Source: an uncultured Gammaproteobacteria bacterium (GTDB taxonomy: Bacteria > Patescibacteriota > Microgenomatia > Levybacterales > GWA1-39-11). From it: a stretch of 56,223 nt of DNA. The position numbers and the translations under genes are program-made. The notes below the pieces were generated by a model that did not search any database, was not told the DNA's origin, and saw nothing but the letters and a program-made list of their open reading frames with translations. Below are positions 56,144-56,223 of the stretch, piece by piece (within the stretch, counting starts at the first letter, position 1; every line of letters begins with the position of its first letter). The DNA is taken from the NCBI GenBank assembly GCA_964406795.1, contig CAYOTA010000008.1:1-56223 (forward strand), in the 5' to 3' direction.

Positions 56144-56223
56144 ATGAAATTAACAACTGCCCAACTTAAAAAAGGCTTCACACTCATTGAACTTATCGTC
56201 GTAATTGCAATCATCGGAGTACT
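56144..56223 (+). CDS. Type IV pilin / pseudopilin (5' fragment, runs off the window)
   Basis: MKLTTAQLKKGFTLIELIVVIAIIGVL carries the class III signal peptide with prepilin peptidase site G|FTLIE and the hydrophobic alpha1 helix. Confidence 0.8.
   Translation, partial: MKLTTAQLKKGFTLIELIVVIAIIGV

Overview
This is 56.2 kb of a compact, low-GC bacterial chromosome (about 35-40 percent GC by eye). It holds about 60 protein genes and one tRNA, with no rRNA and no CRISPR array. TGA acts as a stop in several ATGA start/stop overlaps, so the standard bacterial code applies.

Most genes are housekeeping: prfA, rpmE, hisS, htrA-like, rpsF-ssb-rpsR, a ctpA-like S41 peptidase, cysS, dnaB, a short purA-like gene, pepN, efp, an RluA-family gene, yebC, ruvC, a xerC/D-like recombinase, folD, gyrB-ppa-gyrA, and pilB-pilT-pilC with a pilin gene starting at the window edge. 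The gene content looks like a Candidate Phyla Radiation/Patescibacteria-type genome: type IV pilus genes, a FemAB/Mur-ligase/DegT envelope operon, many small secreted or membrane orphans, a hexokinase-fold kinase, a short archaeal-style adenylosuccinate synthetase and a shortened RF1. That placement is inference only.

The most interesting signals are:
1. Two paralogous HUH/Y1 (RAYT or IS200-like) transposase genes, each bracketed by its own pair of structured direct repeats. An orphan copy of the first repeat sits 11 kb away.
2. A GIY-YIG nuclease ORF wedged directly upstream of an intact tRNA-Leu(CAA). Beyond it lies a perfect but split copy of tRNA nucleotides 1-21, interrupted by a 65-nt tandem-repeat insert.
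3. A 1.7-kb ORF-poor, repeat-dense island next to the tyrosine recombinase.
4. A recurrent arrangement of a -10 box 6-9 nt before the start codon, which implies widespread leaderless mRNAs.
5. A 10-unit heptanucleotide microsatellite.
6. An actinobacterial-type Rpf domain gene in a locally GC-richer patch.

No searches could be run. All functional calls rest on motifs recognised by eye.
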